NCBI GenBank assembly: GCA_973895155.1
Contig: OZ316891.1
Coordinates: 4,012,018-4,076,017 of the forward strand
From: Marsupella aquatica
Lineage: Eukaryota > Plantae > Marchantiophyta
Direction of reading: 5' to 3'
DNA length: 64,000 nt
Each line of letters begins with the position of its first letter. Position 1 is the stretch's first letter. The notes beneath the pieces were generated by a model. That model did no database searches. It was not told the origin of the DNA and saw only the letters and a program-made list of their open reading frames with translations. Made by a program: the position numbers and the translations under genes. Positions 1 to 12,415 of this stretch are shown piece after piece.

Positions 1-427
1 CTTTGAGCGTCTCCTTCAACACAGTGGCGATGACGGGTTCGTCAAACCCATTTGGGTAACCTATTTTCATGATATTTAGGCAAGATCCGCCAGCGAAGTA
101 GGGCATGACAATCCTCAGACTCTGATCCACCACAAACGAACAATATGCTCTCACGACGTTGGGATGGAGGATGAGCTGCATAGTGTTAGCCTCTCGCCGT
201 ATATCATCCAGATTGCTGTTGCACCTCTCGAGATCCAGGCTCTTGATCGCCACCACCTCTTTGAACGGGATGCATAAGGCTCGGTACACTGTTGCGCCCG
301 CCCCATGGCCGATCTCCTCCAGCAATTCGTAGTCCGCTGCACCCAACGGATAAATCTTCTTAGCCTCCTTCGCCTCCCCTTTCCTGAGTTCCGACAGTGA
401 AGCGGACTTCTTCATTAGTTTATCCAT
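1..427 (-). CDS. STE20/MAP4K (OSR1/SPAK-, BLUS1-like) Ser/Thr kinase, N-terminal 142 codons; continues beyond the window edge
   Basis: Hand translation from ATG at 427: MDKLMKKS...KKIYPLGAADYELLEEIGHGAGATVYRALCIPFKEVVAIKSLDLERCNSNLDDIRREANTMQLILHPNVVRAYCSFVVDQSLRIVMPYFAGGSCLNIMKIGYPNGFDEPVIATVLKETLK. Shows the Gly loop, VAIK and HPNV motifs, with no intron in this part. Absent from the ORF track because there is no stop inside the window. Confidence 0.93.
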   Translation of the reverse strand, partial: MDKLMKKSASLSELRKGEAKEAKKIYPLGAADYELLEEIGHGAGATVYRALCIPFKEVVAIKSLDLERCNSNLDDIRREANTMQLILHPNVVRAYCSFVVDQSLRIVMPYFAGGSCLNIMKIGYPNGFDEPVIATVLKETLK

Positions 428-1350
428 CCCACCCGTCACTTCCTTGACAGCAACTCCAACGAGTGAACTGAACCACGAAAATCTCAGCAACAAAACAGCT
501 TCTCTGATCTGACGCACTGGAGACCTCAAGCCGTCATTCACCAGCCGACAGCTCTCAATTTGCTCCGTCCACTGCTTCAGCTCAAAGCACTCACCGCCTT
601 GTCCTCTTCGTAGCGTCTCAAACCCTCACGAATCAATCTAGCTCGAGACAGCAATCTATAATTCCCATCCAATCTCCAACCTCAGAACACCGATTCCTTC
701 ACCAGAGCGATCGACCTACTGACACAGCAGCCCCCTTGATGAGAATGCCTCGTTGAAGAAGAACAAGATGGACTTCAATTACAGAATCCCGACTCCACCT
801 CCTTGCATGGGCGAACTCTATACGGCTCGATCGATTGACCACTTCAGGGACATTCACACTAACTCATTCAGAGATTCAGGAAGACCGAATCGGTCTTATA
901 ACCTCATCTCTCACCAGGGGCATCATGATACACTGACGAGCTACTAGAGCTACCTCGGTAGTCTGTTTTCTCGAAGATTGGCAGTCAGCTCTCCTTATTA
1001 AAATGCATGCGTCTGGTCCGGTTGTAGGGTTCGCGCTACCTCGGTTGCAAATAATAAACAAAGTGGCAAACCCTAGGTATACAAGAAAATTTAAGCCATT
1101 TTCCTTTCTTTTCTGGGTGGGGACACAGGGCCTGTGTTGAAGCAAAATTATAACTATTTTTATTTTTTTCACTCGGAAAGGTACCTAGCACAGTGCACTC
1201 ACAAAGCATTTTTCAATGAGAAAACCCTTATTTTCATTAACATATTAATAAGTACTTTTCTAGATATATGATTAAAATGACTTAGACTTTGTCGCACATG
1301 TGACACTTCAGTCTAAGTGAACCCCCCCCCCCCCCCCCCACCACCTGCGT

Positions 1351-1682
1351 CTTGGGGGGGGAGGGGGGGAGGAGGGTCATTAAATATATGGAGGGCCTTA
1401 CATCATGTGTGATGTTTTAGGGTTTGATCCCCCTAACTTATAAGAGAATTTTTATTTTTTGAATAATCAATTATTTTTTATCATTTTTTACTAAAAAATC
1501 CTACAATTAAATTGGCCTAAATGTTCTTTAAAGTTGACCAGTCGATAAAACACTTCATGTGTGTTCTTCCACCAAACTTTGGAAGTCTTCCGCCACACCC
1601 ATCTAAATGGGCCTATATGTAATCACACATGATGTGCCACTTTTGTGGAAGTGACACCCCCCCCCCCCCCCCCCCGCGGGAG
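1351..1682 (-). mobile_element. Diverged copy of the 8-bp-TSD MITE family, with expanded G/C tracts in its TIRs
   Basis: Flanked by the direct repeat ACCTGCGT (1343-1350 and 1683-1690). Its end GATGTGCCACTTTTGTGGAAGTGACACCCC is the reverse complement of the family start GGGGTTTCACTTCCACAAAAATGGCACATC. Confidence 0.7.
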
Positions 1683-2015
1683 ACCTGCGTGAGTGTGTGC
1701 ATGACTTGGAATGATGGGAGAACCTATGGCAAGCAGGGATTAAAAGGACCAAAGACTGATGCTTAGGGACAACATAAGGGTCGATAAAACACTTCATGTG
1801 TGTTCTTCCACCAAACTTTGGAAGTCTTCCGCCACACCCATCTAAATGGGCCTATATGTAATCACACATGATGTGCCACTTTTGTGGAAGTGACACCCCC
1901 CCCCCCCCGGCGGGAGACCTGCGTGAGTGTGTGCATGACTTGGAATGATGGGAGAACCTATGGCAAGCAGGGATTAAAAGGACCAAAGACTGATGCTTAG
2001 GGACAACATAAGGGT
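1541..2015. repeat. Tandem duplication, unit about 239 bp, covering the MITE end and its flank
   Basis: GTCGATAAAACACTTC...CAACATAAGG begins at 1541 and again at 1780. The copies are near-identical apart from the poly-C tract, and there is a GT microhomology at the junction. Confidence 0.95.
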
Positions 2016-2989
2016 GGCAGCCCGTGTGGTGAAGCAGGAGGAAGACAAGAAGTATCTGTGCACACAAATCATGCAACACAAAACTACCTCAGCCCTAGCC
2101 TGGACTTGTCATGGAGCACGAAACAAGCAATGAGGAGTGAGGGATTGCACTCATATTTGCAGAGTAACATGATCATGACCAACATGATCATCACACATTA
2201 TTCTGGCAGGGTCATGTCCATGGAAGTGACCCACAAGTGTCAATCCTTGCCAGATACAGGGCTTGTGAATTCCTTTTTTCATTATGCAGGGTAATGTTAT
2301 TTTTTATTGTGTACCAGTATCTCTGTTGGTATTGGGCAAGGCATAGGAAAGAAAACTTGACAGGTGGTTACCAAAGTTTGCAAACCAGTTTGATTAGTAC
2401 CAAAGTATGCAATCGAGACAGCACAATGAAATTCCCTAGAGTAGTTAGTATGGCATAATTGTGGCCTTGGATATACCAACATATTTACTCCTATAATACA
2501 CAGTTGTGCCACTTTTTGAAGTGGTCGTCATTCAAATTTGGAGAGGCTTTTTGAGTGAAATAAAAGGGAACTGTAAAAAGAGAAAGGAATCCTTATGTTT
2601 TGTGTGAACAAGCTTTTCCAAGCAAGAAAAGTACAAAGTCTTCCCCTCGGGCTTCCCTGGCCCTTTACCATCCATCCTACCCCATGCTCCTCCCTCTACC
2701 ATCCATGCCAATCATGCATACATAGTGCTCCTCCCGGGGCTCCTCCCTCTACCATCCATGTCATACTATGCCCCAAGCCATATCATATTGCAAAGGAGTT
2801 ATCCTATCATGAGAGGAGTTTAATGACAAATATTTTACATAATCAAGAAAATAGTGTACAATCTAATCAATGAGACAAAGACAAGACAGTCAAGAAAAAT
2901 AGTGAAAAAGAAGGAAGGTTTTAAAACATATAAATTACAAAACAATTTAAAAAATCATTCTCATTTTGTTTTAGTTTGGTGGTGGTTGT

Positions 2990-3531
2990 CGCCTCTCTTT
3001 GTGTCATGACATCTTTCACTTGACAACTTGTTTTTTACGCAATGAGATCTTTCTAACAAAGATATATTTTACACCATGATATTTTTCAGCTACATCTTTA
3101 GTACAACGTCATCTATTATGCATTGACATCTTTTGCTGAACAATATCTTTTAGTAAACTACATCTTTTGCGCAACATCTTTTGAGCAACCACATATTTTA
3201 CTTAGAAATATCTTTTATTTAGCAATATTGTAAATGCAATGGCGTATTTATGCAACAACATCTTTTGTGCAACGGAGACTAGGTCACAACATATATGACT
3301 AACAACATCACTTTACTTATGGACCATTTTGTACTACTTAACAACATCTTTATACTTTAAAACGTAACATATTTTCTCTTAACGACATCTTGTGCGTAGT
3401 GACATCCTTTGGCTCAACGACATCCGGGACAACATCGCGATATGACATCTTTTCTCTTAACAACATCTTTTCTCTTAACAACATCTTGGGCGTCACAACA
3501 TCTTTTGTGCAACGCACGGGTATTGAGATAG
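2990..3531 (+). mobile_element. Non-autonomous Helitron-like 3' end with a degenerate ACATCTTT array (5' boundary unknown)
   Basis: Ends GTGCAACGCACGGGTATTGAGATAG|T, i.e. the typical plant Helitron hairpin plus a CTAG-like end before T. The same end occurs inverted at 42895. Confidence 0.65.
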
Positions 3532-4159
3532 TATTGTGTATAAAATGAGGTTTGCATATATTGAGGGCCTATTATAAACTAATAGTCAGTGTTGTCTTGC
3601 TACAAATCAAAAGTAAGTATCAAAACCAAACTTTCAATTTTACGGATTGTGGGGTCCCTCAGAAAGGAATTACACTATGAGCATTTATTTTACTTGACAA
3701 TATTAACAACTTACTTGGGAACCTGCCAGAGAAGGAACCACTCTCAAAACATAAAAAGTCTATTTTAATTATTACAAATAAAGACTTTCCTGCTCTTGCT
3801 AAAATTCCAAATTAATTCTCCATAATGCAAAACATCTTCTACTCATATTTTGTATAATACTAACATGCATACTTACTAGTTTCCATTAGATTTGTACAAA
3901 ATAAACTTTTCTATCTTGACTGTCATGCCTTTGGAGAACATAATCATCTGTCTGTACAAGTTTTCAGTCCCTTTAATTAGATATTTTGAGACTGCAATGA
4001 CATGCATTGACTGTATCTGTTTAAGTGTCAGCACATCAATAATTATAATCTTGAAATCTTGAATGCCTTTAGTATAAGTGTTTCAAGATTACAATTATTA
4101 TCGTGACAATATTAAAATTAACCTTCATTTGTCTGCACCCCATTCTAATAATGTAACGA

Positions 4160-5110
4160 GTGATTTCCCATGGTTTGAGATCTTCAAGAAGTGGAAAGCC
4201 ATGGTGGAGCCACATACATGGAAGGAGTGGAAGTCGGGGTTGAAGTGTGTCAGATAACGGTGGTGAGTGTAAGTCCAATGAATTTCATCAATTTGGTTGT
4301 GATATTGGCCTCAAGCGTCACTACATTTTACTGTTACTACATTTTACTGCAGAGCCCGCATTAGAATGGAGTGGGCAGAACAATTGAATCAAATGTTACT
4401 AGAGTAAGCATGCATCATGCTGTGTAAGTCCAAGTTTCCGAATAGTTTTTGGGTTGAATTTGTCAACCAAGCTACATAGATGTACAATCTATCACCACAC
4501 ATTAGTAAACTCAAATGAAGTTGTGGTATATATAGGAGACCTGCTGGTTACTCAAGACTCCAAGTTTTTAGGTGTGTTGCCTATGTTCACATTGAGTAGA
4601 CACATAGGTCTAGGTTGGATCCCAATTGCTCTATGCTAAGTCTAAGAAATATGTTTTGTTAGGTTTTAATTAGTTTTGGGCAAAAGATCAAGCTACAAGT
4701 TGTGAGATCCTGTTCAATGCAAGGCAATTGTGAGCATAAATGTTGTTTTGACAAGATTGATTCTCATGACCCCGGGATAATTAGGAGGAGCAAGTGCAGG
4801 AACCTACTCCGATGGAGGTTGAATGATGGTGATGAGAAAGCTTCTTGTCCCTTTGGCAAAAGTGCAATATCTCAACTGAGGCACTCCTCAAGGGCCCAAT
4901 TTTGGCCAACCCTTGATAGATTTGGGTGGGGATTTGGGTTTGCAGATTCTTGTGTTCACTTGGTTGAACACAATGAAAATCCCAATGCTATTATGCTCAC
5001 TAAGGATGAAGACCCCTCTAGCTACGAAGAAGCTAATTATGGCCTCTTTAGCTCAGAAGGATAAGTGGATGGAAGCAATGTTGAAAGAGTTGAATTATTC
5101 AGGGTGTGTG
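4160..5110 (+). pseudogene. Heavily decayed Ty1/copia integrase and pre-RT fragment
   Basis: Frame-broken motifs: DNGGE (GATAACGGTGGTGAG, about 4253), NGV..xLNQMLLE, FWVE, EDPSSYEEA and KDKWMEAMLKEL. Confidence 0.75.
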
Positions 5111-5327
5111 GGGGATATGTCTTTGGTGAAAATGTCTTTGACATCATTGAGAAACATGCATAGTAAAGGGAAGGAGTGCCTAAGTAGCTAGAATAGATCT
5201 ATACTATAATTCAAGATCAAAATCCACCTGTTCATGACTTTCTTAGTCTATAGAGTAAAGCCAAACTAAGGCCTACCATAGTTTTGGGCATAACTTCTCT
5301 GGTATTTGATTGTATGTTTGTTTGATA

Positions 5328-5815
5328 CACTACAACATATTTGACACTTTTGCGAAGGTATTTTTGTCGACGCTCTTGTATTTCCGATGGGCGGCGCTTT
5401 GCATATTTTGCGAATCAACCCGCATCGCAATTTGTGATTCTTTCCCTATCGCAAATGTAATAGCTGAAGCGCATTATATCGCTAATAAATTGCAAAGTAC
5501 GTGGTTTTGCAAATTTTACCGAAACGCGTTGAATGGAAAGGCGCCTTCCGAAGACGGAAAAATCGCTCGCCGACTCCGAAACTAACTCATGTAAATATTT
5601 GCGAAGAAGATTGGATTGAAAATGTTTTGCGATAGTATTTGTTTGACAAGTTTAAGAATGTCGGAGGATGGAAGATTTGCAAAACGGTGAAAATATGAAA
5701 TTTGTGATTGATTTTGCATCACAAGTGTGCGAAGAGTGTAGTATGGAAATATTGAGAAACGAGAAGATTCATAGAAATTGCGAGTCCGGTGAGAGTTTGT
5801 GAGCTTCGCAAATTG
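5328..5815. repeat. CACTA TIR and subterminal repeat array (left end)
   Basis: Many direct and inverted TTGCGAA/TTCGCAA/ATCGCAA motifs and their CG-decayed variants. Confidence 0.85.
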
Positions 5816-6292
5816 TTTGTAAACTAAAAATTAAGATTATTGTGAGGTGAGACAATGAAGAGGGTGGATGGTCCAATATATGGATGGGGCAGGAGGGAAG
5901 AGGAAGGGAGGATGGAGGGAGGTACAATGAAGGATGGAAAAGGGAGGGAGTACAATGGAAGAGGAAGGAGGGAGGAGAAAGAGGAAGGGAGGAGGAGGGA
6001 CAGACGTACCACGGAGGAGGGAAACACGAGAGTGAGAATGAAAATTATGGAATAAGTAGGAAATAAAGTTATATTGAGCAACAGAGGTTAGATAGAAAGT
6101 TGCATGTAAAATTCACAAGTGATCACAATAAAACAATACAATACATATGTCATGAGTATGACTCATTCAAAAGTGAATGGCAAATATAAATATAGACAAT
6201 CCTTTAATTGTTTTATATCACCAAACATGAACAAATCAAATATAACATGAACAAATGTCTAGGCTGGACCCAAGTGCATATAAATATGTCCC

Positions 6293-9200
6293 TCACACTT
6301 GGTCCTCATCGGCCTCAAGGTCATCTAGGTCTGATACAATAACATCTGGCTTCTCAGAAACAATGGAACGAGAACGTGGCACATAGGTGATGACAATTGA
6401 CCACTCGGTGTCTAAGGGGTATGGAATGTAGAAACATTGCTCCAAGTGTGATGGGAAAGCAAATGGTTCTAACATTTGCCAATGAGATGCTTGAACACTA
6501 GTGGCACTTGTCTTCAACCGTGTAAACCCACTCTCATCTTGAAGTACAGTGCAATTTTGACCAACAAGGTTCACTTTGAACCACTTGCACTTGAAGACAT
6601 ATTCCTCAAACTTTGAATGGTTGTCATATGATACCACCAAGATCTCCTCTATCTTCCCATAGTGTGGTACAACATCTCTAACAATGTTCCTGTCATGGCG
6701 GCTGCTTCTGGAGTCTTGAGAAAATTCCCCTTGAACTCCACAATCAAAAGTACGACCCCTCTTCTCATCAAGGGAAGAAACCCTGAAATTAACAAAACCC
6801 ACAAATTTTTATTACACTGTAAAAGATACCATTAATGTAATAATCATCAAAATATGACACCCATCCCTAAATAGCCAAAACCCACATGGCCTATGGCATA
6901 AATATAGAAGCCAACATTACAGTTATGGATGTCATTAATGATAATAGAAAGTTTTTAAACAATAGAAATAACTAATCAAAATAAGGTCTACATGAATTAA
7001 TAGAGGAAGAAAGGTTAGGTACTAGTGGACCTGAAGTGTCTCCCTTGTGTCCACATAGCCGTCTTGGATGTCACCACTCTCAAAGGGCCATGAACAATGG
7101 TCCGAACGTCATCTGTGATGGTAGGAAAGTGGGACACATCTCCTCCTTGTGTCACCATGTCATCCAACTCAAGCAACTTTTGCTTCATATACTCATGCAT
7201 CTTAGGAAAAATTCTTGCTCTTTGACTTGTTCTCTTGGCATTCTCATAAAACTCTCTCCATTTCTCCATGATATTACTATTACTCAACATAAATGTTGTC
7301 AACTGTGACCACTCTGTTGATGTCAACATGCGTGTTTTTGTGGCACCTGTTAAATGGTCCTCCTCCTCTTCTCTTTCCTCCATCCAAGTACGTGGACAAG
7401 TAGGATCAATGGTGGCCAAGATGTTACTACAATAAAATATACTCTCTGTTGCCAAGTATCCTGTAGCTATGCTTCCCTCCACCCGTGCACGGTTACGTAC
7501 ATAAGCCTTCAACACCGCCATGTAACGCTCAAGCCAATACATCCATCTACAATGCACTGGACCTGCAATGGCAACCTCCCGCACAAGATGCACAAGTAAA
7601 TGAACCTGACAATCAAAGAAGGAAGGAGGAAGGGCTTTCTCCAACTTGCATACCACCTCAGCTGCCAATACCTCCATCCCAGGGATCTCTTCTACATATA
7701 TCTCCTTTGAGCATATCCATCTCAACAGACGACCCAATGACCAGATGGCATCTTGCACTTCTTCACTCCCTATACCTATAATTGCCACTGGCAATATATG
7801 CTGCAATAGGCGATGATAGTCATGTGTCTTCAGATATTGTGGCCACTTGTGATTGTCCTCCATCCCAAAAGCTTTTCGAAGGTTGGCACCATAGCCTGTA
7901 GGAAACCGCATCTCTCCTATACGGTTCCGAAATTCACGTCTTTGGCCAACACTCAACACCCAAGGAGCAGAAGGACGATTCTCCACACCTATGATAGGAT
8001 CAATTGTCACCCAAACATCTGGATGCATTTCCATCTCCTCGCATGCCTCCCTAAAATTAGTGTCCTTCTCCCCATAAAAATGCTTTATCAAAGCCTTCCC
8101 CACATTTCCCTCTATGTGCATGGGGTCTAAAAGATGGCGGATCTTCAACTCAGACCAATAGGGCAAAGTGGCTAGTATACTCCACCTGGTCAAACCTGTC
8201 CTATCAAAGGTGAAGGAATCATTTGGGTCTGCCACCCTATCAGCTAGTGACTTCCAATGTGCAAAACTTGTTGCATCAGGAATTTCACGCTCATCACCAA
8301 ATGGCATGTCAAAGGAGGAGAATAGAAGTGGGTCAAACCTCATCTCATGCCCCATGGGAAGAAACTTTGTATGCCCAATATAAACAATCTTTCTAATCCA
8401 TGAACAATATGTGGCCATGTCCTCTAAGCTTGGGCCACAAGTAGAGCAAGCTTTGTACCCCTGAGTTTGCAATCCAGAGACAAAACCAAACCCTGCTTAC
8501 ATAGAAGAAATCAAACCATGCAAACTTTATGTTAGAGTTGTCACATGAGAAACATCAATAGGAACTACACATTATTGAAGGGTTGCAAATGGCATGGAAG
8601 TCATCTTACCAGGATAGTCATGCATTGTCCAACAAATGATCCCTCTCAATTGAAAGACACGTGGAAAACCTCCTGTAATTTTCCTGCCATCATATGCCCA
8701 CACTCCATTCCATAATTTTTGAAGTTCTCCAACCAATATTGCCAAGTAAGTGTCAAAGTTCTTCACCTTTTTTGGACCTGGGATAATCAAAGACAATAAA
8801 AGGAACCCCTTCTTCATGGATAGCCATGGTGGGAGGTTATAATTCATGACAACCACAGGCCAAACTGATGTAGGTTGCCCCTTTCCTCCAAGTGAATGAG
8901 GGCTAACTCCATCAGATGCCAATCCTAGCCTCACATGGCGAGGATCATGTGCAAAGTCTGGCCATGTTGCCTCAATATGTTTGTGAGCAGGGGAGTCAAC
9001 TGGCAACCGCATGACACCAGACTCTGATCGATGAGTCTTATGCCATACCATCAACTCTGCCAAGTCAGAACACCGATACATGTGCAACAACCGAGGAATG
9101 ATGGGAAACCAACGAACAGCCTTCCTTGGCACCTTCTTTGTTAGCATGTTGGGGTCATAGCGAGGCTCATCACATGTTGTACATTGTGTCATGTTTGCAT

Positions 9201-11112
9201 TGGCCCCATGAAATAACATGCAATCATTCACACATGCATGAACAATATGGTATTCCATGCCAATAGATGAGAGAACACTCTTTGCCTCCTTCCAAGTTGC
9301 TGGCAACACATTCTCAGTGGGCAACATAAGGTCATGGCAAAGTGCAAACATATCAGATAACAAGGCATTGCTTGCCTTGTGTTTGGCCTGTAGGTTCATC
9401 AACCCCAAGATGGCTGAAAGACGACTCAAACGAGCACCCTCATAGATAGGTGTTTGGGCATGTTCCTCTGCTTCTTCCCATTGGCGTTGTCCCTCAGGGG
9501 TATGTCTTGGGCGTGGATCATTGGGGGGCACCTGCCCTTCATTGGGAAGGTCATCACCAAGGTTGTCGGCACCAAACCAATCAACCATAAAGTCATCCAT
9601 GGCTCTATCCTGGTCATCAGTTACTTGTTCATCCGTCCGAGGTACCTCTTCATCAGGGTTACTGCTTCCACTAGCACTTGATGAGGAGTGTGACTCTGAT
9701 CCATGTCCTTCTTCTGGCATACCCATTTCTTGATATGTTGCTCTCAATCTCCGTGGTAACATATTTGGAGAGGGTCGCACATTCTAAAAACAAAGCAAAC
9801 AATTGAAAGTTATATTGCAAAGAGAACACACACAAAAATGGGCTAGGGGTGTGCAAAAATGAAATAATATTGGTTGTGGTGCAAATACAAAATGTGGCCA
9901 AAGGCCATATGTAGTGCCCTTTGATATGCAACATACCACCTATGACCCTTAACTTAACCCTAATCCCACTCATAGTGAGTAAATAACTCATCCCCTGAGT
10001 TAATGGTCCTTGTTGCTACAACTAGGCAATGGTCATGATGATATGTCTGGCCATAAGGTGCTGGCGGAGGACCCTCAATGAAAACCCACTCACAATTTTG
10101 CCTACGCTTAGGGCGAGTCCCCATGGTACTGTTTATGAAACCAGCAATATTCCTAGTCCGTATGGGGTCCCCATCTATGACACGCTGCTCACTATACCTT
10201 CTAGTGTTTCCATCAAAAGTATCCATGTCCAATGCATAAGTCTTCCACTCAGGGTGTTGTGCAAGGATCATGTTCCGATGTCTTCTCTTGTAGATGGGTC
10301 CACCATAAGGAAACAAAGTAGGCCCCTCTCGGCCGCGTCCACCTCTACCACTCTCGACGTCCACAATGATGTCCTCACAGGCAAAAACTCCATAGCCATG
10401 TCTATCCCCAAGTGTGGAAGGTTTGATAACCCAACGTCTACCCCAAACCTCTACCTCCGCACCGTAGGAAAGCTGTTGTGGCAAACCAAGAGTCTCAAGA
10501 TCCCAGTCCTTGATGATAGGGACACATCTGCCAGTGAACTCACAATCACCCCACCGACCCGTAACCACTGCCTTGTACAAATCAGTATCCCCTCGGGCCC
10601 GCCTCTTGGAACGCTTTCTCCCTCTTGGGACAATAGCCTCAACCCCAACTTCCCTAGGACTGGTGGGCCTTGCCGCTAGACCCAAGGCTTTTGAGAATGC
10701 ATTGCCTATAGCATCTAGAACACCTTGTGATGGGACATAGGGTGCTTGTGCCGCAGGTCTAGGCCTATTGGATACCTATTCCACCGAAACCAAAACAAAC
10801 AAAAGTAGGTGTGAAATTGCAAACCTTCAACCATTGAGTAATGGGAATAGGGTAGGAAAACTAAGGCATAACACTTACCATATGAGATGAAGAAGCCCCT
10901 ACCGTATGACGTCCACAATGCCCATATCTCTCAATATGTTGGGCACATATGTAAGATTTTTGGGAAACCTGACCCACACATCTGGAACATTCACAAAGTT
11001 GACGGGGTGGACCGCGAGGAGGAGGTGCGGTCGTGTGATGTTGAGGTGGAGGTGGTGTATCTTCATCAGAGGAGGACGAGTCTGTGGTGGAGATTTCAGA
11101 AGATGAAGACAT
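6293..11112 (-). CDS. CACTA TnpD/Tnp2-type transposase; exons 11112-10879, 9783-8610, 8492-7031, 6782-6293; 1119 aa
   Basis: All junctions are GT-AG and frame-preserving (3360 nt total). Exon 1 carries CECSRC...HIERYG (transposase-associated Zn motif). Later exons carry HACVNDC, LGLASDG, WPVVVMNYNLPPW, DYPG|FGFVSG, LDPMHIEGN, LKTHDYH, HLLVHL, RWMYWLERY and GRHFR|VSS...EPF (Transposase_21/DUF4218/DUF4216-type motifs). Confidence 0.92.
9960..11112 (-). CDS. SET-domain protein, alternative isoform of the transposase transcript; exons 11112-10879 and 10775-9960; 349 aa
   Basis: SET motifs GYGVFA, YGG, IDG, NIAGFINS...NC and VVATRTINSGDELFTHY, plus a basic NLS-like RGRKRSKRRAR. The exon-1 donor ATG|GTAAGT joins in phase 0 to the acceptor TAG|GTATCC across a 103-nt intron. 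Confidence 0.85.
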
Positions 11113-11789
11113 ATCCCCTGTAACAAGATATAATTAAAATGGGCATGTTATGACCAAAACATACCACAAAATGATATAAATCAAAGTTCCCAAATAATGA
11201 TGACAAGAAACCCAAACCAAAATGACCATAGCAATAAAAAAGGTACCTTTATGAGACCCGGGCTCAGCAGTGCCAATAGCTCTTGTGGCTCTAAGATAAT
11301 TAATGAACCCAATCTGAAAGTATGAGGGAAAAGCTGCAACCATTCCATGTATATGTAAGCACAATAATCTGGACCAGACAAGAACAAAAAACCCTATATA
11401 CATGTCCCCTTTATACATAGTGGCAACCAAAAGTGTTAAGTACATGAAAGGAACACTTTAGCCGATCATGCAATGTTTACCTTTCAGATGCCCGGGCCCT
11501 CACAATGCATATGCATTAGTATCAAATCATCAAAAAGTGCCGCACCCTGCAAGCTATCATATATTCCCCTCCTTTGTTATATAGCAAAACCCATGCCAAT
11601 CCCCTTTTGATTCATAAACCCAATGAACCTCTCTTAAACCCAAAAGGCTCCAATATAAATCTCATGAAACCTTGCTTTGTCTTATCCAAACCTTCAACCC
11701 CAAACCGCATCCTACCTATTAAACCTAAATCTGACTTACACACAAACCCAAACCTTTCTTCAACCCTAGAGACCTTTCTATTTAAAAAC

Positions 11790-11945
11790 CCCAAACCCTA
11801 AAACCCTAAACCCAAACCTTACTTATTTCTTGTAAACCAAATCCCACACCTTTATTATTTCTTCTAAACTAATGTAAACCCAAACCTTAGGCTAAACCAA
11901 CACCATACATAACCCATTAACCTGAAATGTGCCTAACCCTTCAAA
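11790..11945. promoter_or_regulatory. AAACCCT telo-box-like cluster between the divergent CACTA genes
   Basis: AAACCCTAAAACCCTAAACCC and variants upstream of the transposase coding region. A similar TAGGGTTTAGGGTTT lies at about 14485. Confidence 0.4.
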
Positions 11946-12415
11946 CCCGCCTTCAACTATTATCTAACACCCAAAACATGGCCAAAAAGCATTCCAAATA
12001 TGAGTATAGAGGGGTCCACTTCACCTTTGAAAAAAACCCTTTCAAATGAAACCAACATTCCCCCAGGACGAGTTGCCAATGTCTTGCGAAGCCACTTCCT
12101 TCGCAAATACCATCACAAATTAGAATTGAGGTTTGCGAAGCTGCTGCTTTCGCAAGACCTTCAGAAAAACAGAGCCCGAGAGCATTTATGCGAGAGAGCG
12201 AAGGTGTTGCGAAGCCTTTCACATTGCAATGGTTTCGCAAAATTGAGAAACTATATGCGAAACAAGAAGAATCGCAACTTGCAAAACGGGTTGCTTCGCA
12301 AGTCTTTCCCGCTTGTACTTTTGCACTCGGCCGCGGCGTACTCAGCGGCATTTGACAAATTTCAAGCGTAGGGAGGGAGAAGGGAGCTCGCGCGCGCTCG
12401 GGGGGTGGCTTGGCT

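Noticed and set aside
1280-1318. Small hairpin ACTTAGACT...AGTCTAAGT
   Set aside because: Short and isolated, with no evidence for an RNA gene or element end.
5824-6081. Overlapping ORFs rich in G/R/E or P/S/L
   Set aside because: By-products of a purine-rich low-complexity tract inside the CACTA end.
9955-9985. SETMAR-like SET-transposase fusion by splicing from the end of the SET exon
   Set aside because: The GT just before the stop (GA|GTGGGA) is phase 2 while the transposase acceptor is phase 0, and the next GT lies after the stop. No in-frame fusion is supported.
10029-10679. 216-aa plus-strand ORF
   Set aside because: Antisense shadow of the SET exon with no recognisable motifs.
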